DNA from: Podarcis pityusensis
Lineage: Eukaryota
Direction: 5' to 3' (one strand)
Assembly (NCBI GenBank): GCA_964106645.2
Contig: OZ067043.1
DNA length: 64,000 bases
A program made the position numbers and the translations under genes. A model generated the notes under the pieces. That model had not been told where the DNA came from. It ran no database searches and was given only the letters and a program-made list of their open reading frames with translations. Positions 26,031-37,840 of the stretch are shown here, in pieces. Positions within the stretch are counted from its first letter, which is position 1. The number at the start of each line of letters is the position of its first letter.

Positions 26031-26386
26031 GGACGCGGATGGCACTGTGGGTTAAACCACAGAGCCTAGGGCTTGCCGATCAGAAGGTCGGCGGTTCGAA
26101 TCCCCACGATGGGGTGAGCTCCTGTTGCTCGGTCCCAGCTCCTGCGAACCCAGCAGTTCAAAAGCACATCAAAGTGCAAGTAGATAAATAGGTACTGCTC
26201 CGGCGGAAAAGTAAATGGTGTTTCCGTGCGCTGCTCTGCTTCACCAGAAGTGGCTTAGTCATTCTGGCCATATGACTCGGAAGCCGTACTTCGGCTCCCT
26301 TGGCCAGTAAAGCAAGATGAGCGCCTCAACCCCAGAGTCATCCGTAACTGGACCTAACGGTCAGGGGTCCCTTTACCTTTACCTTT
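26031..26386 (+). mobile_element. Sauria SINE
   Basis: Head ggacgcggatggcactgtgggttaaacc, B-box ggttcgaatcc, tail ctttacctttaccttt. Confidence 0.9.
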
Positions 26387-26843
26387 TTACCTTATATGAA
26401 CTGCCCCAGACCCTGCAATCAGCATCTAAGGCCATTCTTTGTGACCTCTTCCACGAGAGATCTGGAGGGTGGCAACATGAGAACGGGCCTTTTCTGTGGT
26501 GGCTCCCCATTTGTGCAGTGCTTTCCCTTGGGAGGCTCACTTGGCTCCATCATTACATATCTTTAGGCGCTAATCTTCTCTGCATCATTCCAATTTTTAG
26601 TGTATGTGCAGCCGAAGGTGAAAACATTTGTCTTCAGTCAGGCCTTGGGCTGCTTAATATTCTGTGATCCTTTAAATGTGTTTGTGGGAGAGGAGTTATT
26701 CGTTCATTTTTGCTTTATTATGTGTTTTGTTTTCTCGCTTTGCGTTTTTATGTTGTGAACCACCCTGTGATCTTTAGATGAAGGGCGGCACACAAATTTA
26801 ATTTATCATCATCACTGAAAATCCTGGACTTAATATTTTTCAG

Positions 26844-26934
26844 CATCACACAGCGGGGGTCAACTGTGAGAGGTGCAGCCCAGGATACTATAAATCCCCA
26901 GACCATCAAATAGATTCACCATACATTTGCTATC
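26844..26934 (+). CDS. LAMA5: LAMA5 exon ~9 (LE)
   Basis: cag|CATCAC...TATC|gtgagt; 91 nt; [30 protein letters not shown]. Confidence 0.95.
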
Positions 26935-27602
26935 GTGAGTATGCTGCCTCAAGTACATCATAGATACAGTCCAGTATCCAAAAGTGACATGTACAGTGTT
27001 GGGGTCAAGAGTACCTTTGCCTATCCCCCCCCCCCAAATGATGGGGGCCCTGCAGAGCAGAACCCCATAAAGTGCTGTTGAGAGAGAAAAAATGCTGTTG
27101 AGGGAGGGGAAAACTGACTTTCTGCTATGTCTTGTGTGCTCTGAAGCAGTTCTCTAAATCTCCATGTCTTAAGTTTCAGTTACACACTGCCAAGGTAACA
27201 AGCTCTTCTTATGTTCTTACCTTGCCCATAGTTTCTGGATTGTATTCTTAATTGCTGGGGTTGATTATTTCATGCCAAATAGTGGTGGTGATGGGATTAG
27301 GATTTTTCAGAAGCTGTATTGAGACGCATCTGCTGATATTGTGGTTTGACCAGAGTATGTTTTAGGCAATGCAGGAGAACGGGCAAGAAATCTTTGTGGT
27401 TTAGGAAGGGTCAGGATATCATACACCAGATGGGCAGGGTATAAATAATAAATTCTTCTTCTTCTTCTTCACCTTAGCCCATAGTAAATATGGGTCACCC
27501 CGTTGAAGAGCAGCCCCGTTGTGGTCCGCGTGGACCAATGTGTACTCTCTGCCTCTGGTTTGAACTGGAAGAGGAAGTTCATTGTAATTTCTTCCTTTCT
27601 AG

Positions 27603-27737
27603 GTTGCAATTGCGACTCAGACTTCACAGATGGCACCTGTGAGGACCTCACTGGCCGCTGTTACTGCAAGCCAAATTACACAGGGGAGCATTGCGACTCG
27701 TGTGCGGATGGCTACGTGGAGTTCCCGCACTGTTATC
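27603..27737 (+). CDS. LAMA5: LAMA5 exon ~10 (LE)
   Basis: tag|GTTGC...TATC|gtacgt; 135 nt; [44 protein letters not shown]. Confidence 0.96.
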
Positions 27738-28138
27738 GTACGTATTGCTCTCACAGCCCATGAGGCCTTTCAGCATAAGCTAAGCGCTGTGAGTTTCCAG
27801 AGGCCAGCATTCTGGTCCTTGCCATGTTTGTGATGGAGCCTGCTTCAGGCCCTCTTTTTTGGATTACTGCACAGCAGCCTTGGCCTCTGGCTTCCAAAAA
27901 TCCGCTTCTTACAGTGTCTTGCTAAACCTTTTAATGGGATTGCTGGTGGTGGTGTGTGTGTGTGATTTAGAGAGCGATAGAGCACTTAATTTCTGAACTG
28001 TAACAAAAGTAATATTTTGGAACCTAGAAGGGCTTATTTACAGAGGACTGGATTTATTTTAGACTAATGCATAGTGATGAATTCGTTACTTTTCTTGAGC
28101 ATGGAACTAACATTTCCATTGTCTTTCCCTTCATTTAG

Positions 28139-28201
28139 CTGAACCAGTTTACTCATACAATGACACTGGAGAGCAAGTCCTCCCAGCTGGGCAGATAATA
28201 A
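28139..28201 (+). CDS. LAMA5: LAMA5 exon ~11 (linker)
   Basis: tag|CTGAA...ATAA|gtaagc; 63 nt; EPVYSYNDTGEQVLPAGQII. Confidence 0.93.
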
Positions 28202-28375
28202 GTAAGCTCATCTTCCTGTCCCCCCATCCCTACTTTTAAGAAATTACTATGCTCCTTTTACTATGGTTGGTCCCTTAAGATCATTGCAGCAGTAACTTAT
28301 TGGCAATTGGGAGTCCTGGTGTACCATGTGCACATTTAACTTAATCCTTTTTTCTTCCCTCTCGCCACTTTCCAG

Positions 28376-28516
28376 ACTGCGACTGCAATGTTGCTGGGAC
28401 AAGAGGGAACGCCTGCCGGAAAGATGCTCAAACGGGGTTGTGTTTGTGCAAACCCAACTTCCAAGGGACTCAGTGTGACCAGTGTGTGCCTGGGTACTAT
28501 GGACCAGGTTGCCAAC
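28376..28516 (+). CDS. LAMA5: LAMA5 exon ~12 (LE)
   Basis: cag|ACTGC...CAAC|gtgagt; 141 nt; [46 protein letters not shown]. Confidence 0.96.
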
Positions 28517-28655
28517 GTGAGTAAACGAAGCCAATGGGTTCTGCTGAACTCATAGGCAGCCCTCCTGTTTTGAGAGTTGAGATGGTAGGCTTTCTTTTGT
28601 AGTTGTGGTGCTGTGGTTGCAACAGAGCTCTCAGTTTGCAGAGCTTTTCATAAGC

Positions 28656-28791
28656 CAGTGGTGGCCAAACTCGGCCCTCCAGCTGTTTTGGGACTACAGC
28701 TCCCATCATCCTGAGCTAACAGAACCAGTGGTCAGGGATGATGGGAATTGTAGTCCCAAAACATCAGGAGGGCTGAATTTGGCCACCACTT
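28656..28791. mobile_element. hAT palindromic MITE
   Basis: cagtggtggccaaa ... tttggccaccactt; 8-bp TSD tcataagc at 28648-28655 and 28792-28799. Confidence 0.88.
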
Positions 28792-29103
28792 TCATAAGCC
28801 AAAGCTACAACTCTTTGCCTCCAAGGAATGTATAGTCTAAAGGAGAGATGGGCAGGCTTCTGAGATCATAGGAGCCAACTCTTGGGGGCTTCGGCCCCCA
28901 CAATGTAATATTTGAGGGAGCCGGACAACTCCCCCCCCCCCCAGTTGATGGGCATTCCCATCCAAATGGTGTGTGTGTGCTACATCATGTGATTGATTAT
29001 GTGGGGAGGGCTTACTTGGGCCCTTGCAATATTTTATTCAGGTTGGTCCCCCTGTTTGAGATCTACTTCGTTTTTCACTAGAACCACAGGGTCTACCGAT
29101 CAG

Positions 29104-29454
29104 TAAAGGTAAAGGGACCCCTGACCATTTAAGTCCAGTCATGACCGACTCTGGGGTTGCGGTGCTCATCTTGCTTTATTGGCCAAGGGAGCCGGCGTAC
29201 AGCTTCCGGGTCATGTGGCCAGCATGACTAAGCCACTTCTGGCGAACCAGAGCAGCGCACAGAAATGCCGTTTACCTTCCCGCCGGAGTGGTACCTATTT
29301 ATCTACTTGCACTTTGATGTGCTTTCGAACTGCTAGGTTGGCAGGAGCAGGGACCGAGTAACGGGAGCTCACCCCATTGCGGGGATTCGAACCGCCGACC
29401 TTCTGATCGGCAATTCCTAGGCTCTGTGGCTTAACCCACAGCGCCACCCGTGTC
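29104..29454 (-). mobile_element. Sauria SINE with 47-bp TSD
   Basis: Full-length reverse copy; flanking direct repeat at 29057-29103 and 29455-29501. Confidence 0.92.
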
Positions 29455-29803
29455 TGAGATCTACTTTGTTTTTCACTAGAACCCCAGGGTCTACCAATCA
29501 GAGCCTTATGCAAAATACATTGTGGACAATATCCAGCTAAGTCATACTAAGAGCAGGCCCTTTAAAATAAATGGACAAGATACTTAAGGCTATTTATTTC
29601 AATGGACAACTATAATCCACAGTTTAGAATTCGAAGAGCAGGGTACCCCTGAGCCTAGGAATTCATTTTGAGTACCAGAAGTGAAATCTCAAGTTTTGTC
29701 CCTATGGATGTGAAGAAAAACTTGGAATCAGATATGTCTGCTAGTTGCTGTTTTACAGCAAAGTGCAGCCAAATAACCGTTTGTTTGTGTTTTGCTCCCA
29801 CAG

Positions 29804-29941
29804 CATGCCAGTGCTCTGGCCCTGGCTACTATGATGGCACATGTGACAGTGAGACTGGCCAGTGTCTTTGTCGAGCTGGTTTTGAAGGCTACACGTGCGA
29901 TCAGTGTGCCCCTGGCTACTTCAACTACCCACTGTGCCAGC
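29804..29941 (+). CDS. LAMA5: LAMA5 exon ~13 (LE)
   Basis: cag|CATGC...CAGC|gtgagt; 138 nt; [45 protein letters not shown]. Confidence 0.96.
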
Positions 29942-30546
29942 GTGAGTTTTCAGACACATCACCACATTAATCACTGTGGGCTTTGGCAAGTGCATGTTCT
30001 GCAAATGCCTGCATCTTTCTCGGTTCTCACGAGTTCCTATTGGTTGCACAGGGGCATTTGGGTATGTGCAGGCAGCATACAGTGAAGTCTCTCTCATGCT
30101 CAGTGGCTGTACTTGCACCCTTCCTCATCCTTCCACTGTAATCCTGTTTGGGTTTGTTCCTTCCCCCTTGCTCTGCCACTATACCAGTATTAGCCAAAAA
30201 GCTGGACATTATTTGAAAAACACAAAACTGGAAGCAGAACAAATTCTGCTAAGCCAAGTAATTATATGAAAATATTTTTCATTGTCTAATGCCAATAGGA
30301 CGACAAGATTTTCATTTCCTTAGTACAAAATTTGTGTTTATTTTTTAAATGCAGCATAGATTCTTGAGTATGGGTTGGTGGGTGCAGATCCCGATTTCAT
30401 TAGACCTGGCATTGTTCTGTCCCTTGTGTGCTCCCAAACACCTATCCTGTTAGCCTGCTTGGCCCATACTTAACCTTTGCAGTGATGCTCAAGTCCTCTA
30501 TTTGAGACCCCAAAGTTCTGAACCCTGGATATTATTTTCGTTGCAG

Positions 30547-30681
30547 TTTGTGGCTGCAGTGCTGTTGGGACATTGCCAGAAGGCTGCGATGCCTCTGGAA
30601 GGTGCTTCTGCAGGCCTGAATATGTTGGGCCTCACTGCGACCAGTGCAGCGTTGGATATCACTCATACCCTCACTGCCAAG
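30547..30681 (+). CDS. LAMA5: LAMA5 exon ~14 (LE)
   Basis: cag|TTTGT...CAAG|gtatgc; 135 nt; [44 protein letters not shown]. Confidence 0.96.
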
Positions 30682-31844
30682 GTATGCCAGGTTGTGAAAC
30701 GGCTAGCAGGGAAGAGGCAGATTCTGTAATTAATTGACACAAAAGAAAGAAGTCTCTCTTCTATCAAATCAAGACCTAAGGAAAGGGTGTTATCTGCCAC
30801 TGTTGTTGTGAAGAAAATCTCGGAAATGGGTCCAATGCATCTGCTAAAACCTGGGGTATTTCCCCTCCCCCTCATGTGCATTAGATACTTCCAAGTGGAG
30901 CTAGTTTCCTCTATTGCTCGAAGGCAGAGAACTGTGACTTCAAAGGACACTTTAGGCTTTCCCTTCCTGTTGATGTCTCAGTTCACTTCCTGCCTTTGTT
31001 CGGAGCAGAACACAGCTCTCCCTTGTATTTTCCAAATTAAGATCTGCCCTCTTTTCCTTGTGATTCTTCCTTTTGTCTTTCTGACTCCTGTTCTTTTCAG
31101 ATTATCTATACCTTGCCATCCTTTCTGATTCAGTAGTATCGGTGTTCTCTTCAGAAACAGGAATTTTACCAAGCAGTATTTAGGGAACTCGTACCTGCAT
31201 ATTGCCTGTAATTTAAAATGGGGGAGAAGGTATCCAGACACATTAAAGCCCCCTAAAAGTATTTATGTGACAATGCCAGCTATCACATGGTCCTGCCACC
31301 CAATAGCTACAAAGGTTCATAAATGCTAGTCAGCTGTGTGTATGGACATGGCTATTGGAACCTGCTTGTTCTACAACAGTGTGAGGAACCTTCACCCCTC
31401 CAGGTCTTGTTGAATGACAGCTTACATCATCCCAGGTCCTTGATCCGGCTTGCTGGGTCTGCTGGGCATTAAGAGTATAGAATAGAATCATGGAAGGGAC
31501 CATGAGGGTCATCTAGTCCAACCCCCTGCAAAGCAGGAATCTTTTCCCCAACGTGAGGCTTGAACTCACGACCCTGAGATTAAGAGTCTCATTCTCTTCC
31601 AACCGAGCTGTGGTTCAGCAACATCTGGAGGGCCAAGGGTTCCTTCTACAAGGAAAGATAGCTTGTCTCGGAAGGGAAAGTTCAGCTGCCTATTAAGAGA
31701 CTGTGGCATTTGGTTTGGAATGAAATAATTAATTTTACAAGCAGACAAAATAATCAATATTCCAAGCGTTTCCAATGTATGTTGGTGCCCTCGCCTATTG
31801 ACTTCTGCAACCTCTTTCTGTGCTTTCCCCCCCACCCCCCACAG

Positions 31845-31979
31845 CTTGCTCCTGTGACCCCCGGGGAGCTCTGGACAACGACTGCAGCCCTGTTGGTCAG
31901 TGCCATTGCCACTCAAATTATATAGGCCACACATGCAACCAGTGTGCCCCAGGCTTTTATGGGTACCCTACCTGTACAG
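31845..31979 (+). CDS. LAMA5: LAMA5 exon ~15 (LE)
   Basis: cag|CTTGC...ACAG|gtgagt; 135 nt; CSCDPRGALDNDCSPVGQCHCHSNYIGHTCNQCAPGFYGYPTCT. Confidence 0.96.
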
Positions 31980-33050
31980 GTGAGTCATGTTGCTATACCA
32001 ACTCTGCAGTTCTTTGTGTTCACAAGGGTCTTTGACTTCAGTCCCTTTTGGTTCACGTGGCAGGGGTATGTATGCTTTATTACATGAGTTTTTTGTGTTT
32101 GCTTCTTTGAAAATGATGCGAAAAAAGGAGTGGAGAGGTTACACAGGTAAACGGCTGGAAAGGTCATAGGATTAGGATGCTATTCTCCATGCATTATTAG
32201 CCATCCTCATTCCATTCAAGATGGCATACAATGCAAATATGCACATGTGGTTCCTGGTTAGATTTCATTGCTCGTTATCAAAGAATTGCTGTAGGATGCA
32301 CTGTCCCTGAGTCACACAGCTGATAGATTCTAACATTTTTTATATTCTCTTCCTCTGCTAAATGTGGAAAACATGAGCTCTGGCCAACTGGCTTAGCTTC
32401 CAGGGCTGATATTGGCAGTGTGTTTTTGAAGAGGCTGGAAGCTTAGATCTCACAGACCTGGTGGAAGAAGGCTATTCATTTATTTTGTTACGCATTCATT
32501 AGCACCTAAAAAATGCATGGTGCAATAGAAACAAGTATTGAGAGAGGAACGTAGGCACGATGCCGTGCAAAGTCTTAAAGGCCAGAAATTGCCTTACTAT
32601 AATAAAACAATCAAACATTTCCTTTTCTTAGGTGGCAACAGTTATGTTAAGCATTTCCCAGTTTAAAGTCTTTGTTGGCCTAAGAAGCTCTTTAGGTGTT
32701 AAATGTAAAAACTAAAATAAAAAATTATTGCATGCCCATTTTAGAGTTTCTTTCACTCAAGGCAAGGGGGAGAGAACCTTTCCAACCCCAAGGGCCGTAT
32801 TCTCTTTTATGCAACCTTCCAAGGGCCACATACAATCATGTGTGAGGCTAGAGGCAAAAGTGAGCAGAATATTAGATGTGAATTATACCTTTGTGCAGCA
32901 GGCTAGTTGCTTCACTTACACACATCCCTCTCTCTCTCATACAGGCAAATAAGAAGCATTATTAGAGTTCAAGGACACATTCCAGCCAGGCAGAAACCCT
33001 CAAGAAGGGTACAAAGCAGGGTTGATGAGGAGTGTGGTCTAGGGAGATTA

Positions 33051-33404
33051 GGTAAAGGTAAAGGGACCCCTGACCATTAGGTCCAGTTGTGGCCGACTCT
33101 GGGGTTGTGGCGCTCATCTCGCTTTATTGGCCAAGGGAGCCGAAGTACAGCTTCCGGGTCATGTTGCCAGCATGACTAAGCCGCTTCAGGTGAACCAGAG
33201 CAGCGCGCGGAAACGCCGTTTACCTTTCCGCCGGAGCGGTACCTATTTATCTACTTGCACTTTGGCGTGCTTTCGAACTGCTAGGTTGGCAGGAGCAGGG
33301 ACCGAGCAACGGGAGCTCACCCCGTTGCAGGGATTCGAACTGCCAACCTTCTGATCGGCAAGTCCTAGGCTCTGTGGTTTAACCCACAGTGCCACCCGCG
33401 TCCC
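33051..33404 (-). mobile_element. Sauria SINE (apparently nested in an older MITE spanning ~32760-33470)
   Basis: ggtaaaggtaaagggacccctgacc ... cagtgccacccgcgtccc. Confidence 0.9.
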
Positions 33405-34081
33405 CTCAGGGCCAAATAGAGAAGCCTGGAGGGGGCTGCATTTGCCTCCTGGTCCTGAGTTTCCCGTATTTGACTAAGGGTTTGCTTAGAAAGGAGAAGT
33501 GTCCAGGCTGCTATCTTTTGTTAAACAACAGCAACAACCCCAAAACATGTGATCCTACCCAGAGGACATGAGCTGCTCTTGGGTTGCATGGTGTATACAA
33601 CTGAGGTTGCAAAAATGCATAAATGTTGAGTTTGTTTATCTATACCCTTTCCCCAAGGGTGTAAAGCAATGCTTTGGAATGAAGAAAGTACTATGTACAG
33701 CAGGTGCTGTTTTTAGATAAATGTGCACACGAGTTAAGGCACGCACCATGTTAGAATAGACTTTCCCTTGTGCATGATAAAACGGGAGAGTGCCTTTCTT
33801 CGTGATGGTGGAAACAAAGGGAAGAGGCACCTTGGATCGCCATAAAAAAAAAGAGATAAAATATCCACCAAGAAGGGGATGGGAAGCGTGCATTTAAGGT
33901 CTCCCCGCCCCAAGAGCTTCTTAAGCCAAACAGCCCCTGAGCCAAGAAGTCATTATTGACATCTGTTCCCGAAGAAGGAACTAATCCTTTCTAGAAATGT
34001 GTCGGCCACCCAGTGCTTTTTTTTCTAGAAAAAGAGGTGCCAGTACACACCATGAAGTTGTTATAGTAAGTGCCACACTTT

Positions 34082-34455
34082 TTAAGGTGCTGGTTTTGAC
34101 CTTTAAAGCCCTCTGCGGCCTAGGACCCACGTACCTACGGGACCGTCTCTTCTGGTAAGCCCCACGGAGGACCTTTTGGAGGTCCCAAGTCGCAAGGTGG
34201 TTAGATTGGTCTCAGCTAGGGTCAGGGCCTTTTCAGTACTGGCCCTGATTTGGTGGAACACTCTGTCACAAGAGACTAGGGCCCTGCGGGACTTGACATC
34301 TTTCCGCAGGGCCTGCAAGACAGAGCTGTTCCGCCTGGCCTTTGGTTTGGACTCAGTCTGACCCTTATGTTTCCCTCCCCTTATGGTTTTGATCTATGGG
34401 CTACTTTTAAAATGAAGCTGCATTTTAAATTGTATTTTAACCTGTATTTTAAATT
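34082..34455 (+). mobile_element. L2-clade LINE ORF2 3' fragment embedded in a small MITE (~34011-34540)
   Basis: FKVLVLTFKALCGLGPTYLRDRL ... RAFSVLALIWWNTL ... FRRACKTELFRLAF; the flanks match the two halves of the element at ~43138-43287. Confidence 0.75.
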
Positions 34456-34693
34456 GCCCCCCCCCCCCAATTCGGTGCCAGTACTGCATTCCCTTGAGTA
34501 CCTTCTGGGGGGAGCACTGCAGGCACCTATATAAAAAACAGACAGTTCTTAAGAAAAAACAGTTGTTTTCTCTCCAGTTTTTGTGGCCTTTTATGATGGT
34601 GCCGCCAACTATGGTTGACATGGGTCCTTACTTTAAAAGTCTTACTGTCTGTCCTAATGCTTTCTGGCCTGTCTTTTTTTACATCCTCCTCAG

Positions 34694-34831
34694 CTTGCCA
34701 CTGTTCCCCAGAAGGCTCTCTCTATGGCACCTGTGATCAGGAGACGGGACAGTGCAGTTGTCGGCAGAGAGTAATGGGGCAGCGCTGTGATACCTGCATT
34801 CCTGGGGCTTACGGTTTCCCGCAGTGTGAAG
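34694..34831 (+). CDS. LAMA5: LAMA5 exon ~16 (LE)
   Basis: cag|CTTGC...GAAG|gtagct; 138 nt; [45 protein letters not shown]. Confidence 0.94.
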
Positions 34832-35664
34832 GTAGCTCCGCCTATTCCACTTGCTGTGCAGCTTCTGTGTCACACAAGCATGAACTCTTTATGTACCTCA
34901 GTACCCAAAGCCCCAGGCAGCATCAGCATTGCTTGATTAAAAACAAAAAAGTAAATAAACGTGAATAGTGTGGAAACGAAAAATTGCTAAAATTAATGGA
35001 TTTTAATGCAGAGCTCATCCGCTAACTTCACTTGGCAGATCAATTTGCTTTTCACTTTTTTTGTAATATTTTTTTATTGGTTTTCAGCAGTGTATAAACA
35101 CAACAGTAAGTTTCCCCCATGCTTTTCACTTTGTTAAGTGCTGCTTTGGAGTGGTTTTTCCTGAGCTCTGATACCACTTTTTCTTTTGCTCAGTGCCAAT
35201 CACAACCCGGTAGCTGCCCCACCAGATCCACAATACAGTTAAAGCACCATCCCAGAAAACTCTGCATTTATTTATCCTGCTTTATATTGAAATCATTTAT
35301 ATACTGCTTAACATTTCCAAAAAACAAAACCCATTTCCTAGGTGGTTTAACACCCTGTTTTAAAAACATCAAACAGAACATTGGAAAATATTAGAATAAA
35401 ACAAATGAAAATCGAATATAAAATTAAAAAATCCCACAAATTTAAAGCATTATAACTATCAGGAAAACAAAAAAAATTCTCTTAAACATAAGGAACAATC
35501 AATACACGTAAACTCTAAAAACAAAAACACAAAAGAAAATCCACATATAAAGTATTAATAGTGACTAAACTGCATCTAATCTTTTCCCTCTTAGCTGATT
35601 CCGTTTGTTATATGAGTGCTGGCTCTTATCTGTTTGTGTGGTTGTTTTTCTCTCTCTGCTTCAG

Positions 35665-35717
35665 TGGGCTCTTGTAATCCAGCGGGGCTTGCAAATGCAG
35701 ACCCTTCCCTACCAGTG
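35665..35717 (+). CDS. LAMA5: LAMA5 exon ~17
   Basis: cag|TGGGC...CCAGTG|gtgagt; 53 nt; GSCNPAGLANADPSLPV. Confidence 0.92.
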
Positions 35718-35979
35718 GTGAGTACTTCCTGTTTCTGTTGGATCTTAGTTTTGATTATTTTATTTTTTTATGCATCATGTTAAATTTTTAAAATTTATTA
35801 TACACCTCATTGAGCGTAATGAAAACTGGCATCTCCGCCTCATCCAAAAGAGTAGATGCTTTGCATGCAGAAGGTTCGAGGTTCATTCTCTGGTGTCTCT
35901 GATTGAAAGACCAGGTAGCAGATGATGGTGAAGAACTTTGGGCCAGATTCCTCTACCCGATTCCATAAGCAGAAACCAG

Positions 35980-36108
35980 TACAGTGGTACCTCAGGTTAA
36001 GTACTTAATTCGTTCTGGAGGTCCGTTCTTAACTATTTCTGGGTTAGCGGAGTCTATAACCTGAAGCATATGTAACCTGAAGTGTATGTAACCCGAGGTA
36101 CCACTGTA
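35980..36108. mobile_element. Tc1/mariner MITE family A, internally deleted
   Basis: ta-cagtggtacctcaggtta ... taacccgaggtaccactg-ta. Confidence 0.85.
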
Positions 36109-36349
36109 CAAGGATTCCTGCTAGTGCAGCAGGGTTTTGCTGCCACCAGAACCGAGCACAAGGGGAAGAGATGGGTCCTTTGGGCAAGCAGGCAGATCAA
36201 GGAAATGATCTTCTTAGCGCAACGTTCAATTCCATCCTCTGCCTGAGGCTCTGAATGGTGCCACTGCCAGAGAGTAAACAATACAGGTCTAGATGGACAT
36301 AAGGCAGCTTCCTGTGTTCCTAATCTGCATTGCCTTTGATTGTCTTGAT

Positions 36350-36577
36350 CATGGGTAGGCAAACTAAGGCCCGGGGGCCAGATCCGGCCCAATCGCCTTC
36401 TAAATCCGGCCCGCGGACAGTCAAGGAATCAGCCTGTTTTCACATGAGTAGAATGTGTGCTTTTATTTAAAACGCATCTCAACCCAGAGATGTGGGGCAT
36501 AGGAATTCAATCATTCCGCCCCCTCCAAAATATAGACCGCCCCCACCCCCCCAGCTGAAAAAGTTTGCTGACCCCTG
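36350..36577. mobile_element. hAT MITE
   Basis: catgggtaggcaaact ... agtttgctgacccctg; TSD gtcttgat/gtcttgag; same family inverted at 53350. Confidence 0.82.
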
Positions 36578-36646
36578 GTCTTGAGCCTTAGTACGCGATT
36601 TCAGATCTCTCTCTCTCTCTGCCTCCCCCTTTCCCCTCCTCCTCAG

Positions 36647-36746
36647 GGGTCCTGCGAATGTCGAGCCTATGTGGAAGGTGAAGCTTGTGATAGGTGCAAA
36701 CCGCTCTACTGGAACCTGACTCCAGATAACCCATTTGGATGCATGA
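36647..36746 (+). CDS. LAMA5: LAMA5 exon ~18 (LE)
   Basis: cag|GGGTCC...ATGA|gtaaga; 100 nt; GSCECRAYVEGEACDRCKPLYWNLTPDNPFGCM. Confidence 0.95.
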
Positions 36747-37020
36747 GTAAGACCCTTCCCATGTCATTCTTCCAGGAAGCTGCTCATCCAAGCCACTCTG
36801 GTGATTTAAGGAGAAGAGGCTTCCCATTTCTCCTCTTCATTTTCTGAACACATTGCGGAGGCGAAGCTATGGGGGCAGGGGAAGCCTTTGGGCGTGGGCC
36901 ACAGCCAAACAGAATAGTTGAGGTGCTCTGGTATCCTTTAATGCTGAATGGAAACAAGGATCAGCAGAGCAAGTATGGGAAGCCAGCAAAACTTGTGCTA
37001 TCTTAAATTAAAGTGGGATA

Positions 37021-37382
37021 AAGGTAAAGGTACCCCTGCCCGTACGGGCCAGTCGTGTCCGACTCTAGGGTTGTGCGCTCATCTCACTCTAGAGGCTGGG
37101 AGCCAGCGCTGTCTGAAGACACTTCCGGGTCACGTGGCCAGCGTGACGAAGCTGCTCTGGCGAGCCAGCACCAGTGCAGCACACGGAAACGCCATTTACC
37201 TTCCCGCTATAAAGCGGTACCTATTTATCTACTTGCACTTAGGGGTGCTTTCGAACTGCTAGGTGGGCAGGAGCTGGGACCGAAAGACAGGAGCTCACCC
37301 TGCCGCGGGGATTCGAACCACCGACCATACGATCGGCAAGTCCTAGGCACTGAGGTTTTACCCACAGCGCCACCCGCGTCCC
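37021..37382 (-). mobile_element. Sauria SINE (different subfamily)
   Basis: aaggtaaaggtacccctgccc ... cagcgccacccgcgtccc; TSD taaagtgggataa. Confidence 0.88.
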
Positions 37383-37787
37383 TAAAGTGGGATAAGTTGC
37401 CCTTATTTGAAACTCTATTCAGGAGTGCTGGCAGAGTTAAAACAAGATACTGCAGTCAAGTTTGATTTACTCCACTATTTTTGCCACTTTCTCTCTGTCT
37501 GTCTATATATCTTGGGGGAGCCACCAACTGTCCTGGGGTAGATTAGTACACAGTGTTAGTTTAGACCAGCTCATTCCAAGTTTTTGCTGAATGTCCTCTT
37601 TGCCCTTACATAGCAGATCAAGAGTTTACAACCACGACTGTGACTTCATTTGGGGGCCTTTACTGTCCTACTGACTTCTGCCATTTTTGCCTGCCTGCCT
37701 GAGGATTAGCTGGCATCCAGCTAACTTCAAGTTAATTGCTGGATAGACTTGAGGAGTCATCTAACTACCCCTTTCTGTTTCCCCTAG

Positions 37788-37840
37788 GCTGCCAGTGCGA
37801 CACCATGGGGACAGTTGCAGGTGTTGCTGAATGCCAGCAA
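37788..37840 (+). CDS. LAMA5: LAMA5 exon ~19
   Basis: tag|GCTGC...CAGCAA|gtaagt; 53 nt; CQCDTMGTVAGVAECQQ. Confidence 0.94.
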
